In this document: positions 24,901 to 38,915 of the stretch, piece after piece | How positions within the stretch are numbered: position 1 is the stretch's first letter | Layout: the number at the start of each line of letters is the position of its first letter | From: Blasia pusilla | Taxonomy: Eukaryota | Direction: 5' to 3' | DNA length: 64,000 nt | Assembly: GCA_050084515.1 (NCBI GenBank) | Contig: CM114271.1 | Location: 10,726,001 to 10,790,000 of the forward strand | The notes under the pieces: generated by a model | What the model was told of the DNA's origin: nothing | Seen by the model: only the letters and a program-made list of their open reading frames with translations | The model's database searches: none | Translations under genes and position numbers: made by a program

Positions 24901-25611
24901 AAGATCCTGATGCTCACCTACTATCGTTAGCTATACCTCCTAATAGTAGGGCATTGTCATTCAAGAGTATGAAAGCCTACGGAAACCACTTTAGGGTAGA
25001 AGGGCCAAGTGGTGCGACACCCTTCTCCACTTATGATAGTGGAATAGGTGTGATTTGTTGATGAAAAAGTTCCAACCAGAATTGTTTATACTCATATGTT
25101 GGGGTGTTGGTTGATATTCTCTTACTTGATTATGGGGTTGTAGAACAACCCATAATACTAATGCGAGGGCGGTGGGTTAAAGCATATTGGGATTCAAGAG
25201 TAGGATCCATGAAATTAGATAAGGAGGGTTTTCTGTTGGCCAACTTGAGGTCATGCGAGCCATTAGATCACCAGCCATTTGTTTTTCCCATCACAAGTGC
25301 AACAAGTGTTTTATGGAGATGCCGATGAGGGTGGAGGATGGAAAGTGGTAATGAGGAAGGAAGCTAGAGCCCAGAGAGTTTATTTTGTTGACTTAGAGTC
25401 GCTAGATGGAGCTTGTAATATTTTGCCCACCTTCCATGCCACATGCATGGAACCAGGGAATCTACCAGATGCAAGTACCTTAGGAGCTAGAGTCCTAAGT
25501 GATGCAGAGATGGAAACTACTAGAGTGGATGTGCAACATGTGCCAATAATCCATGTATGCGATATGATAGAATATGTTGATTCAGACTCTAATAACTCAG
25601 AATCAGATTAG
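21922..25611 (+). pseudogene. CACTA Tnp2/TnpD-type transposase (multi-exon, stops and frameshifts)
   Basis: RCPCNDC, IHACPAGC, LRHFPVIPR, FGLALDGVNPF, WTINDYPAYG, LDVMHVEKN, MKSHDYHV, FPPSFFDVMTHL, WMYPMERYM, F..SQVQQVFY. Confidence 0.93.
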
Positions 25612-25723
25612 ATTAATTCATAGTTGTTTTTTTGGTACTCATCATTGTGTTTTTTTTTTGGTATGATTCAAATAATTGACTTTTTTTACGAGGATGTAAG
25701 TGAATTCTGGTGTTGTTGGGCAT

Positions 25724-28700
25724 AATGGAATGAAACTCTACGGCAACAAGTAGAACTCTCAAATTTCCGTCAAGTTAGGTGTTATTCTTGCTAACTTGTC
25801 GTCTACAGAGGGAGGGAGGCGCTTGGAACGGTGTACCTGATATAACTGAAGAGATTGTGGAATCCAATCAGAGTTCATCTTGGGATGGTATAGATAATGT
25901 TCAACAAAGTCCTAATCCATACGAAGAAGAAAGGAATCATAGAGTGAAAGAGAGAAAGGCCAAAGAGGCGGAGTTGTTTGGTGGGTTGAAGGATTCGTAA
26001 GTATGATCTTGGATAATATTTTTCTTTTGCTTTATTTGGTCAAGTGTATCATGTTCATATAGTGGTTGTACATTATGAAATATGACAGAATTTGTGTGAT
26101 CATATTTTGAAGGTTTGTTGCTCCAAGGGTTGTGAAAGAGCGCAAGCCTTTGCCATATTGGAATCCTTCCCTTCCACAAAGACGCAGCTTACGGTTCGAG
26201 GAGAAGGCCACTAACTAAAGTGTAATCCCCGAGGAGATTCGAAAAGATTGTTCAGATAGTGATTCCAAAGACCCCTATTATAATCCACTCCTTGAGATGG
26301 ACTTCTTGGGGATTGAAGAGGATGACGACTTGTGGCTGGAGGATGGGAGGGTACTTTCTCTTCACATCTTGTTGTTTTGCTACTCTCTTCAGATTTCAGA
26401 ATTATGACTACTGTGTTTAGTCACAATGAAATGTCTGTTTTGAATAGCCTCAAGCAAAGGAGCGTCCAATCGAACCATCCAAACAAGGAAGTGTACGAAA
26501 TTCCAGCAATACAAACGATGCGGTAATATAATTGTAGACATGGAGGAATATTCAATTATCTCTATATGTATGATTGGTATGTAATAAATTGAGTGGTAGA
26601 AGCCTGTCATTATGACTTCACTAATCTTTGCTCATCAAATGGTCTCTAGTTTAGTTTATTCACCCATTTACTTGCATGTGCAGCCCATGGATGGAACTCC
26701 ATCACAACCCATAATGCCTTCGCAAGCATATCCCCCTCATCCACCCCCATGGGCACAGAGCCAGATGCCGTGGTGGGTACCAATGATGATGCAATCACCG
26801 ATGGGTTATGGAAGTCAATTTCAGCCACCATGGACCAATGGAGCTCAATCATCCATGAACATCCCACCCCCATGGGTAAGTAGGCTTACTATTCTGTTGT
26901 TTCTTGTTTTGCACACGGGAATTCAATTAATTGGAAGTCTAACTAGTTAATTGTATTTCTTTTGTGGACACAAGGGACATGGGCCATCCCAACCGCCATC
27001 CCCAACACCGTTGGCACCTCCATTCACCAACGGGAATACGGATGACGAATTATACCGTAGTACGTCTCAATCTTGCACAACACCAAGCCCATCATAAAAT
27101 TTGACCCCGCAAGCAGGTGCATCTAAAGGTGACTTCTCACTTGGTTCCGAGTTTGCAAATTTATACTAAAATAGGTTGTTGTATTATGAAAGGTGTGAAA
27201 CTGTTACTAGTATAAGTTGGTCTTATAGTTAATATAGTTCAACATAATTATGATTTGGTGAGTTTATAATCGTCGGCCCTACATTTTTTACATTTGAGAA
27301 TTGGGATGGTGGTATATTTGTAGGAGAGCGGCAGAGTCGCACAAAGCGTGATTTGTGGACTCATGATGTCTCCATTAGGAAGGAGCAAAACTTAAAACCT
27401 AGATGTGAGCTCATGCCAAATGGTATTCCGTCGCCTAGAGTTCCTGGTTATGAGCCTTGGCTAAATGAATTGAAGGTATGGGTGATGAGGTACTTGGACT
27501 TATCATGCATTGAGATTGGTAAATAGAATTCTATTAGCATGGCTGTTGTTCAGAATCACATCCTTGAGGCATACACATATGTGGGTGCATCATCTCTTTC
27601 ACTTGATTTCATGAAGAAAAAATAGCACAACTATTGAAAACCGAGCGATCCAATGTCAAGAACTATTGGACATTACATGGGGCTCATTGAGCAGTCCCAT
27701 GTCACCGTGATACCAATGAGGAGTCATAGAATCGATTAGTAGATTATTGGCTCTCCGAGGAGGGCAAAATAAAGGCAGAAAAGATGGCTCGAGCAAGGGC
27801 CAAGGTCCAGACTTTAAATTTCTCCGCCGTGCAGGTGTTGGGATGGACTTGATGTAAGTCATCTTGGCATTCCCTAGTTTTCTTGCTAAAGTTATGTAAT
27901 GGTAGAAAACTTCCATTATTGTTTCATTTCCATATTTGCATTGAATCCTTTCACATGCATGAATTTCATAATTAATGTATTTAAGAAGCATGTGCAGGTG
28001 CAACAACGTACCTCAAAGGAGTCCTTGGGCACGGGGCTAGAATGTATGGAGAGAAACGAGTTGCCTAAGCAACCAAGTTTCACACAATTGAGTTCATCGG
28101 TAAATGTAAATGCATAACTCTTTTCTTACCCGTTGGCTTGACATGGCTAGTATTATGACCTTCATCTGATTGGATCGTGGAGTTAGTATCATATCCTTAA
28201 TCATGTTGAATTATGGTGTTAGTATCATGATTGTATCTAAGTGTGTAATTGCAAAACCATAGTTTTTTGGTACCTAATTGATCGTTGGATTATATATGCA
28301 GAGTGTGGAATCTAGAATAACTATTCAATTGGAAGAAGTGGAAAAGAAGTGGAGCGCAGATTTGGATGATGTGAAGTTGCAGATGGAACGGCAGAACAAG
28401 GCATTAAGTGTACTCATGGGAATGGTGTCCAAACTTACTTCAAAGGATGTGTCTTCAACACCACACCAAATTTCTGGTTTCTCGCCATCCAATTCTCAAC
28501 CATATGCAACAACAGATGAGAAGCTCACATCAGGTAGCCCATTCTCATTCTTCCGCCCTTGGTTTTCAATGGTTATAACTACTTGTCCTTTCCAGCATGA
28601 GCATTTCACAACTGACTTTCTTTGTTTTGAGTAACTTACGATCCTTTGTTGAACCTATACCAACGTCTATAGCCGGACAATTAGGGAAGAGGAAGATCTC

Positions 28701-29690
28701 CACACAAAAAGAGGCAATGGCAACTACACAATCTGGTGGTAAGTAGAGAATTTAGCTTCACTACATGTAGGGTCTTATAATATAATTACTTGTTGAAGTG
28801 AAGAATCTGGTTTTACAATTCATTTCTCAATACTTGGGTTGTTTGTTGAAGTGCGTAACGGAGCAACAAAAGGAGAAGTTCCACAGAAAAAGTGCAGATG
28901 GTGATACTCGAATCACTCGTAAGTATGTCATCCTTGGCATAATGAATTTATCTGTGGCATAGTTTTCAAACTATCCACGAAACAAAACTCATTTCTTCCT
29001 ACAACCTTCAATGGACTTTGTCGTGCATAATGTGCAGAAAACGTGAGTATGGATAGCCAAGCCAAATCATCACCAGCCAAAAGAAAGAAGTCTAGGCTAC
29101 AATCTGATGGTTTGAATGAGCAGGAAAGTGAAATCAGATCAGGCTCGTCTAAGAAAATAACTAAGGTAATTTATCTCATCTATAATGGCCTCTTCTATTC
29201 AAGGTTTATATGACGACACTGATAATTCTTGTTGTGGACAGTCAAATGGTTGTCTAGGACTTGTGAACTTTTTACATCATCTTCCGAAATGGGGATGGTC
29301 TTTCAAACAGGTATATCATAGCAATTTTTTATTTTCAGATTAATGGTGCAAATGCATGTGGAAAGAATTTGAATTGATACTAACTAAATGCACGTGTATT
29401 TTTTTAGCTACGAATTGGTGATCACGTATTACTCACCAAGCCAAAGTTGAGTAGGATGGTGCTTGGGTCAGGAGTTATATCAGGTTTTGGTGGAAGAGAC
29501 AAGTTCCATGCCAAAGACATCCCTTTAGGCGTGGTGAGGGTTGATCTAAACGAGGTGTTCGAACCAGAACATGCTTTGTGGATGCCGAATTTGATAGACG
29601 AACCTGCACAAGAAACATTTGGTGATGCTCTTGGTTCAAGCATGCTGTGACTAGAGATGCATATGAGAAAGGTGATTCAATAGAATAGTC
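25724..29690 (+). pseudogene. Second CACTA gene (TnpA-like position), many short exons
   Basis: Short exon-like blocks with GT/AG borders between Tnp2 and the right TIR. Last block reads GVISGFGG..FHAKDIP..VVRVDL. Identity inferred mainly from position. Confidence 0.5.
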
Positions 29691-30722
29691 TTTTCTTTTG
29701 GCACCCAACTATCTAAGGTGCAATAACTTTATTTTCATGGATGACATAATCTCTCTTGCTCTTTCAAGATGAGATCATAAACCCTACTATATTTGATCTT
29801 TGTTTTTTTTATCTATTTTTTAATGATAACCCCATGTAATAATGATTAATTTTGTAATTTGGTGTATGGAAGCTACTCTTAAGTGACATTCCACCCCTCA
29901 AAATCTGTTTTCAAAAGAGGATTTCAATAATTCAGATCCATTCATTCTTGCACCGTTCAAAAGGCATAATAAACATCCCAAAATATCCGAAATTTATATT
30001 CCCACTAGTCATATCAATATAACTTGCACAGTATTCTTCAAAAACTAAAGTAGTAAGCTTCAAGTTCTCTCTAGTCATAATTGTATGACTCATGCAGTTC
30101 TGTTGCAATGGCTATATAATTTCTGCTACTCACATAGTCATATCTTCGTGACTAAACCAGTTGTGTCCTCTTTTAGAGTAGTCACGTAACTCTACTCTTC
30201 TAGTCATAGTACATGACTACAGGAGTCCATACCAACATTTCAATAAAATAAAATGACTACATGAGTTGCCAACTATAACTCAATGGAGTATACTTGGTGC
30301 ATTTTTATAGGATATTATGAACTTTTGCACACCAACCATGACTAAAGGAGTCGTTGGTGGTAACTAGAAAAATATACACATATGACTAGACGAGTCGTAC
30401 TCAAGTCCACATCATCAGTGACATGTCACAGCAATAGTCCATGTCATCAGTGACACATCACACTAAATAGTCCATGTCATTGATGATGTGTCATTATTCC
30501 ACATCATCTGAGTGACGTGTTAGTCATGGCCTCATGACTACACCCTCGAGTCATATACCAACCTCCATCTAAGCTGACCATCCTAGTTAGCCTAGTCGCC
30601 AAAAAAATATGACTTGGCTTTTGTGTCTAAAGTAGTCGTTAGTCATTGTTAGTCGTGGTATGTTAAATATGACTCATATGAGTCATATAACCTAGTCATA
30701 AAACCACGGATTTCTTCTAGTG

Positions 30723-32352
30723 AGCTGAAGTGTTGACCGACCAGGGTACAGAGTTTCAAGGTGAGTTTTAGGTCTTGTGTGACAAGGTGTTGATTGATCA
30801 TCGGACCACATCTCGAGATCATCGAGAGGCAGATGGTTTGGCTGAGCGTGTGGTTCAGACACTGAAGAGGGCATTGCGCAAGTATGGCCTACAAAAGGGG
30901 CATCTTGGAGACAGGGTTATTCAGTTGCCATGGTTAGCCATGGGGAATAGGTTCAATCGCCAAGCATCCTTGGCTTCCTTCTCACCTTATTTTTTGTTAT
31001 ACGGCCGAGATCATGACTTGCCAGCAGCAATTCGTTGGGAGTCTAGTAAGGTGGTGAACCTTGACAACCCAGAGATGTGGATGAGAGTGTGTTCTCAGCG
31101 GTCAGAGCCCTTCCGAAGAGTTATGCCAATATTCTTTGAGAATCTTGCCATTGCTCTACACAGGGATACGTTGCGGTATGCAACCATTCGGGGTGGAGGT
31201 TATCGAACATCGATTCGTAGGTTCCGTGTGGGGGACTATGTCTATTTTCAGCAGATTGCACCGACAACGTTGGATGTGACGGCACGCCGCTCTATTTTAC
31301 GAGTGCGCGAGGTGTTAGCTAGTGGAGTTCTCATGTTGGAGGTTCGTGATGGAGTTGTTTGGAAGGACCATGTGCGTAATTGTGTGCCATATCATCTTCC
31401 AAATGTGGATGGTAGTGTTGACCCAAGCTTAGCCATGATACGTGCTAGCTTGAGGTGTATGTTGTGTGGGTCTGCTGGTAACGCAGCCCATATGTTGGTG
31501 TGTGATCGGTGTTCTAGGGGTTGGCACATGATGTGTTTGACTCCACGTATGGATGTTGTTCCTACTGGAAGGTGGGTTTGTCCTCGATATACTTAGGAGG
31601 GATATATAACTTGATCTTTGCATAATATGGATTATAGATGTGCAACTAACGATGGGGCAACCTAGCACCCGGCCTTCTGATTCGTGCACCCCCGAAGGTG
31701 TATAGCATGTAGTAGATGTATAGGGCTACTTGGGAGTTAGAGGGACCTAACCGCCAGTTAGGGGGGGCGAGTTATGGTACACTTGTGTTTGTGGATGCTC
31801 TCCTCTATGTTATGTATGTAGGTGAGTATGGTATGTCAGCAATGTATGTTGTATGACGATGTGGATTCGCACGACAACTATCATGACCCTACGGATTATG
31901 TCGTAGAGTATAGTGTGCTAGTAGAGGCCGTACCTTATGTAGGGCCGTAGTGTCTAGGTAGAGATGTAGTTTCATACATAGGGTTGGGGGTTACTCCATT
32001 GAGGGTGACTTTTCCAGTAGGGCCCGCTCTTAGGTTGGAGGATATAGTGTGGAGTCCGCTCAAAGAACAGTTAGTTCTTTGAGTTGAGCTTATTGCGTTG
32101 GGAGTTAGCCTTGGTAGTGAGCAGAGCTCTTGGTTATGGTGGTTCCTGCAAGCTTCGACGTGGATTCTCCCATCGTGGAGTGGGTTTGGCTTGATTTTAT
32201 GTGATTCTATATGTGTTTTATGACAGTAGGTTTTTCATGGATTTTAGTTGTGGTACACTTCTGTTTGTGGATGCTCTTGTCTATGTGATGCATGTAGGTG
32301 AGTATGGTATGTGAGCGATGTATGTTGTATGACGATGTGGATTCGCACGATA
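30723..32352 (+). mobile_element. 3' part of gypsy-type element 2a: integrase-PHD + B-A-B end
   Basis: VLTDQGTEF, DGLAERVVQTLK, PHD at ~31455-31590. PPT at ~31758-31771. B at 31772-31876 and 32248-32352; A at 31879-32247; junction CAACTA (mutated CAGCTG). Confidence 0.9.
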
Positions 32353-35300
32353 GAGTGTCTCCCAACAACAGAACGTTCTCCAAAATTTACGTTGGAGAAC
32401 ATGTCTGACTCTCCTGCAAATGTCGTACTACTCGTAGCATCTCCCAAAACATCCCTAACCTAGGATCTTGCAATCCAAATCCTCGGCCAGTTGATGAATG
32501 ATCCTGACATGGCCATCTAGCAATTACCAAGTGAATGGTGCCAACTCTATCCAGATCGTGCGCCCCCACCAAAGAGATGTGGACGGGTAGTGTATGCTGA
32601 TTTTCCCGTACTGCAGATACCGACAACAACTCACGATACCTCTGGACCAATCTCGCCACATGACATAATGATACTCGTTGCGCAATCTCATCTCTCTCTA
32701 TATAAAGGTGTTGATGCACCCGTATGCCTTCCTGCACAATTGCAGCCAATCCGGTGCTAATCCCTCCGAAGAGATCTAACACCCTAACACCCTCCTCTGG
32801 GCACTCCCACACAACGGATTAGGTATCTAGTGGGATCAACGTCTCCACTCCAAGAGCCCGATCACCACATGACTCTCGCTGCTCCGGGATAAAGGCACGA
32901 CTCCACGCCTGCCTCACGAGGTTTTCGGCACTCCTCAATAGCTCTCAAGTCGTACCCCACAATGGTGAAGAGGTCTCGCCAATATGGGAAGAGACACCCG
33001 CCATGGCCTGTCTCTCCGTGGGACTATCCGCTACTGGGACATCCTCCGCATGTGCGTTCCCCTCCAAAAACTCTTCTGGCTAGCTAACACTACTTGTGAA
33101 AGCTTCCAACGTGGTCACAGACTCGCCTCGTGATCGACCACCTCATCCCGCAAACTGCACGGGTAACTGTCTCATCCGCCCGTCACTTGACCGCCACCCT
33201 GGCCGATAAGCAATGGTCTCCTCCCAAAAGCCAAGGATGAATCCTAGGGGATATAATACTGTACTCCCCACCAACATATCATACGACTCAATTGGTGTCA
33301 TAATCGCACGTGTGCGCACCATAGCACTATTCGTCGCATGCTCTAGTTGGACTCTGACAACTATCTCCTATCGAGTCATATACTGTGTGGGTGACACGCC
33401 CCCAATTGAGGTCTGTATCTCGAAGGGACAAGGCTCAATGTCGGCCTTCCGTAACCCCAACGCTAAACACGCCTCCTTCCCTAACATCAAGGGTTGCGCT
33501 CCCGAATCAAGTAGGACGCGCTGCAGGTGGTATACTGTCCCCGTGGGACTAACCAAGCGAAATACTCCGGCTCGGTTATTCGGTAACACTACTCAAGGTG
33601 TCACCACTGCTCGCTCTATGGCTGGTCGAGCTGGCATATCTACCAACTTCGCCGCCACCGCATGCCATGACTTTGTGGGGAACGTCCCGAGCACCGGCTC
33701 TGAGGGCAAGTCCACCACCTCCTCAACTACCTCTGAACAAGAAGCAGTCATCTCTCCACGCTCACACAACGTGGCGGCTAGCAAGAACACCTCAGATGGT
33801 CCAACTCCCAACGTCGCCAACTCTATGGCGGAGAATAGTGGAGTCTGACTCACTGTGGTGGCCATCTCCAACACTATGGTCGACATTGACTCCACTCGAG
33901 CAAGCATAGGAGTTGTCACTCCAACTCCTCATGATGTCAACGCACCTGCCTGAGCTATAGGCACCGCTGGTCGTCGAGTCACCATCGATGGTGTGTGTAG
34001 TGCCTCCAACAATGTGAATGACTGTGGAACCCTGGCCTGCCGCCCATCAGTCCCCTCTGGTGGGTCAATCTCAACTCCACCTCTCGATGGCTCGGTGCCT
34101 CTCGCAGCACCTCAATTCACCATTGTAGCTGCCTCAACCCCTGGGCTGCACTACACATAAACCCCATACTGGCAAGATCCTCACCCGAGTCAGGGTAAGA
34201 GGTAGAAGCTGGAGCCACACTAGCTGCTCGCGGCTCCGTGCCTTCCCTCAACTCCATCATCGTCATGGCAGCAATCCTATGCTCCAATTGATCGATGCAT
34301 GAGAGAAGTGCAGGCTCTGGTGCTCCTGCTCCATCTCCTCTGGCTGGTGGTGGTCCTCTACCACCACGTTCAAGAAGAACTCCCCGACCTCCTCTAGGAT
34401 GACCGCCCCCAGGCCCTCAACTTACCTCTGGACGTGCCTCTCGGCGAAGGTCAAAACACTTATCCCTAGTGTGACCATATTTGTGGCAATAGTCACACTG
34501 GTGCTGTGGTGGGGCCATCCTCTGTGGATTGCTATAATTTGAGCATATTGAGCTCAACATGAGTGAGGAGCAGGTAGTGACCGTTGGATTTTCTCGAGAG
34601 TCAACAAGAGGCGCTCGTGGTCCTCTCCCATGTTGTGAGTAGTCTCTCTGCCTATGGGCCCCTCCACACGTCCAACAAGACCACATCGATCCCTGCTGGG
34701 CAACATATGTAGGTACGGGTTGTTGCCTCATAGGCTTACGGTACCCGCCCTGCTCTCTAGGCACACCGGCCCACTCCCGTGGTATTGGTGCTCGTTGTGG
34801 CACCTATGGGGTCACCGGCGCTCATGGACCCATCGACTCTCGAGAAAATCCAGCGGTCACTACCAGCTCCTCACTCATGTTGAGCTCAATACGCTCAGAC
34901 AACTCAAAGACCACCTTCAATGTGGGCTTCGCTGTGTGAATCAGCACCCCATCTCGGACTCTCCTCCGTAGTTCTCGATCTAGAATCCCATACCAATACT
35001 GGACTGACTGCGCCTCGGTCACTTCATAGGTAGCAATGATCAACATCCTCATGCGTATGAATGCCTCTCTCAGACTCTCACCCGATCGTCACTGAAAATC
35101 TTGTAGACTCTTCAGCTTGTTGATGCGTACGCCCTAGCAGCTCTTCCCCAAGTGTCGGAAGAACTCCTGGGTGGCCCTCTACCACCAAAGGTCTCTGCCA
35201 TATCGCGTGTCTCACTGCCCTCCTCTCCATCTAGTCTTCGGGCTGATGGTGTGGGTCTCTCTCCTCTCACAATCCCATCATATGCCTCGCGACCACTAGT

Positions 35301-35726
35301 GAACACATACCTGGAGCCCAATACATCCTCTAGGCATTGATCTCTACTGAATATAGTGATCGAAAATCCATGTAGTCATCAGTCGGAGGACCCTCCAAGT
35401 GCTGGAACAACCCCTTCCATGCCATGAAAGGGTTGAACCTGTCGGGGTCCGTATCTCCTAGAAGTCGCACACGTGTCAAACTCCTGGATAAAATCATCTA
35501 AGTCAATGGTGTCCACTGCACCCAAGAAACGACGCATGCCCCGATGGCCCATGTCGTCCATCTCTTGCCAAGTACTACTGTCTCTGTCCGCGATCTTGTC
35601 ACCAGACCCAGTGTCTAGTGATGAAGATCCAGCCACGGATGGATGTCGAGGTAGCTCCTCACTGGTAACCCCTCGGTATCTCACTCCACTCCGTGTCACA
35701 CCACTACCACTACCCTGTTCTTCCAA
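32353..35726 (-). pseudogene. Element 1 gag - aspartic protease - C5 DNA methyltransferase (degenerate)
   Basis: Zn knuckles CWTCGGAH and CDYCHKYGH..C. VLLDSGAQP. VRVLDLFGGIST, IARWPCQ, LENV. Confidence 0.88.
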
Positions 35727-36856
35727 ACACTCAAAGAACGCCGTGATGACAAAACCTATCTCACCCGCTCAAGCACTGAGACTCACCAAGAGTCTCCCAC
35801 ACTCCTCACTAGCTCACCTATGCTTACATCAATCTCGTGATGACATACCCGGCCTCACACACCCTCAACACTTGGGCTCACCATGAGCCTCCCAACTGAC
35901 TCACCTAACCTAGCAACACTCTCTCGGATCATACACGCAACCCCCACTTGGAAACCGCCGTATATCCACCAACATGCTACACATGAAAAGAATCTACACT
36001 CGTCACCATCACTGCACCCACCTAGCACTAGCTACTACCCGATACCCAGCTCTCTAAATCACACATGAAAAGTGTGGGAAAAGGGACTCAAATGGGTAAC
36101 CTGATCATGCCCTCCAACCTACGGTATCGTCAACACGCACTCCCCCATGTGACACGGCAACCTCTGCAACACGACACTCCCCCATGTAACACGGCAACCT
36201 CTGCAACACGACACTCTCCTCGACCAACACGTCAATCCTCCCGTCATCAAATGCGGACAACCCGTCGGCGTCATGCGCACTGACACTCCATCGTCAATTT
36301 TTGCAAATCCCCGTCACGCCCGAAAGCATCATGTCGCGCAAACCTCTTTGCCTATCCCCACACGCGGCTTGTAACCTGAATCAACCTGGTCTGGCTCCAC
36401 TCCTACCACGTACTCAGATCCACCACATCCACCCCCACTTGGTAGCCTTCTCACCACGTCGACCTTCTTCCACGTCCGGTCCTACCACGTTGGAGGGGGT
36501 TGGTTGCGGCTCCGCACCCGGCCGTCTCCGCAACCTAAATGCGACCTACATGCCTATGCAACCTTTCCTCCGCCTCCGCCTCTGCAACCTTTCCTTCCTG
36601 CTCTTTCTTGACACTCTCGCTACTCTCGACGATGCACTTGCCGCCCCACTCCGTACTACACTCTGCCATTGTCCTCAATCCCTGTGCACTAGCAAACTCT
36701 GAGAAAAATGGACAGCGCTTCTGCCCACGGCCTTCCGGACAGAAAAATGACCAACACCCGCAACAAACGCATCTCCAGGGGCTCCCAACCAAGGCAACTT
36801 GCTTACCTACCTGCAAACAACAAATTCCCACCAGCCCCCCGACATCTTTCTCATAT

Positions 36857-37323
36857 AAAAATAAAGAGTAGTTAAAATGGCACACCCGGCCTAAAACTCC
36901 ACTCCTCAATCTACATCGGCATATCGAGCCTCGTCCACCCTGTGCTATCAAGGAATCCGGACGCTAGCACCCTAATCCTATCTCACACACATAGAAGAGA
37001 TGTGCTCCAATGGCCCAACATGAGAAAGATGGCTTAGGAAAGCCATCTTCCTCTCTTATATAGGGTTGGGAAGAGCCAAAAGGCTCTTCCCCCAAAATAT
37101 CCATCCCCTTGGTAACGTGCGCGCACAGGTTACCAGGGGCAGGTGACCTGGTCAACAAGTCACCCGACTGTGAAAGACCTTAACATGAAATTTGTCAAAA
37201 ATGACCTTCCTGACACAATGGACCTATCCGACAGCGTGGGACAAAGTTACACTCAAGATAGTCGGCCGGCTCCTACGCCGTATCCATGATAGATCTCGGC
37301 CTATCGGCTACTCAGATGTAACA
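36857..37323 (-). repeat. 5' terminal A repeat of element 1
   Basis: Matches 9151-9629, with no B segment attached. Sense strand starts TGTTACATC. Confidence 0.9.
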
Positions 37324-37327
37324 CATA

Positions 37328-37588
37328 GGAGAAGCACCAGAAAGTGCTATTGTAATGTGGTGTGACAATTAGAGTTGCATTGCCATAGCACATAATCTTG
37401 TGTTTCATGCTCGTACAAAGCACATAGAGATCCAATATCATTTTGTTCGTGAATTGATCGAGAGAGAGGTTTTGAAGTTAGTCTATTGTCCAACAGAGGA
37501 TAATCGTGCAGACATCTTCATGAGTGCTTTGAGCGGAGATAAGCTTCACCGACATCTAAAGGGTCTTGGCATAGGTCCAAGACAGTAG
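37328..37588 (+). pseudogene. Copia RNase H C-part
   Basis: WCDN, FHARTKHIEIQYHFVRE, ADIFM. Confidence 0.92.
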
Positions 37589-37618
37589 TCCACATGACAG
37601 TGGATATTGAAGGGGGGG

Positions 37619-38039
37619 TGTTGGATATTCAACATCCACTTCTCTAAGCACCATTAATCTAATCGGCCCCCTTGTATAAGGAGAAGCCTAGATTGATGGT
37701 TTCGACTTAGACGTCAAAGGAGTCATAATAATATGATGTAGTTGGTTTCAAGAGTAGCGTTACTAGGATTATCTTATCCTTTATTGCATCAAGGTGCGGG
37801 GCACCTTGATGCAATGATCTTTCTATTAATAGAAATAAAGTAAAATAGGTAAAAACCCTAGTTTCCCAAGTAGTGAAATAGTTGGGAGCCGCAGCGGTAG
37901 CGTATTCTCGTATGTCGAGTTATCTCCATGTTCACGTTCCATCAAAGCTCTTTTGTGAGCACATAGATGGACTAGGCCACTTTGTATCTCTAAGTTTTTT
38001 AAAAATTTCAGTGATTTCGTCACTTTCTGTTTTCTCACA
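37619..38039 (+). repeat. Copia 3' LTR
   Basis: TG...CA directly after the PPT; matches 7890-8291. Confidence 0.92.
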
Positions 38040-38098
38040 CGATTCATTTTTCCACTAAGGTCTGAGGAGTGCTAATCTGCACATCTTCGACAACTACA

Positions 38099-38205
38099 AT
38101 GACGAGAAAAAAGTCACAAGCCACGAAGGTTGGGAGCATCACTGCCAAGTTCATCAAGACTCCTTTGTCGGCTTCTCCTCTATCACGTCTTTTAGGATAG
38201 ATTCG
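38099..38205 (+). pseudogene. N-terminus of the ParB/MTase-like gene of copy D, truncated by gypsy element 3
   Basis: MTRKKSQATKVGSITAKFIKTPLSASP versus MTRKKSQANKSGSFTPKSIRTPTSASP in copy A. Confidence 0.75.
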
Positions 38206-38696
38206 TGAGATCTAATAGAGTGCCTTCGTGAGTAGTGGAGGACACGCTTAGTAGGTCGCGGATGACCTGCTGAGAACCCAGGAAACCTGAGAGAGAGCAG
38301 GTTTCCCCTTCGTTTCGGCTCATTTGGAGCCATATTGAGGAACTTACTATTTTAGGTAAGTACCATTTTGAGTATATGATCGACTTTCTATTTTTGGTAA
38401 GTAGCCCTTGACCTCCTACATCAGGTCAAGAGCCAAGGAGGTGACTTGGGAGAATAGGTTACCATGGAGAGAGCTTGGGAGAGGGGAGGGGTATACCTCA
38501 AGGAGAGAGAGCTTGAGAGCTCATTCTCTCTTTGTAAAGTAAGATCCAATCTCTCTCTCCACCATCTCACACCATAGCTCTCAAAGGTGTGCACTCTGTC
38601 TCATGTCAAACCAAACCCACTCTCCTAATGAGAGGCTCGGGTTACACTCACAAGGCAAGGGACCATAGCTCCGCCGCCTCATGCCAAGAGGTTCAA

Positions 38697-38915
38697 CAAA
38701 GAGAGAATGAGAGAGTGAGAGAGCGTCATGGGGGAGCTCGCTGGTCACTCGCTGTTTTTGCAGGTTGGGGACCGTGTTCCCCGTTCAGCGGCTCATGGGA
38801 GCTTACTTTACAAAGAGAGAATGAGAGAGTGAGAGAGCTTCATGGGGGAGCTCGCTGGTCACTCGCTGTTTTTTCAGGTTGGGGACCGTGTTCCCCGTTC
38901 AACGGCTCATGAGAG
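38697..38915. repeat. 114-bp tandem duplication in the element 3 leader
   Basis: CAAAGAGAGAATGAGAGAGTGAGAGAGC...CGGCTCATG occurs at 38697 and 38811. Confidence 0.9.
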
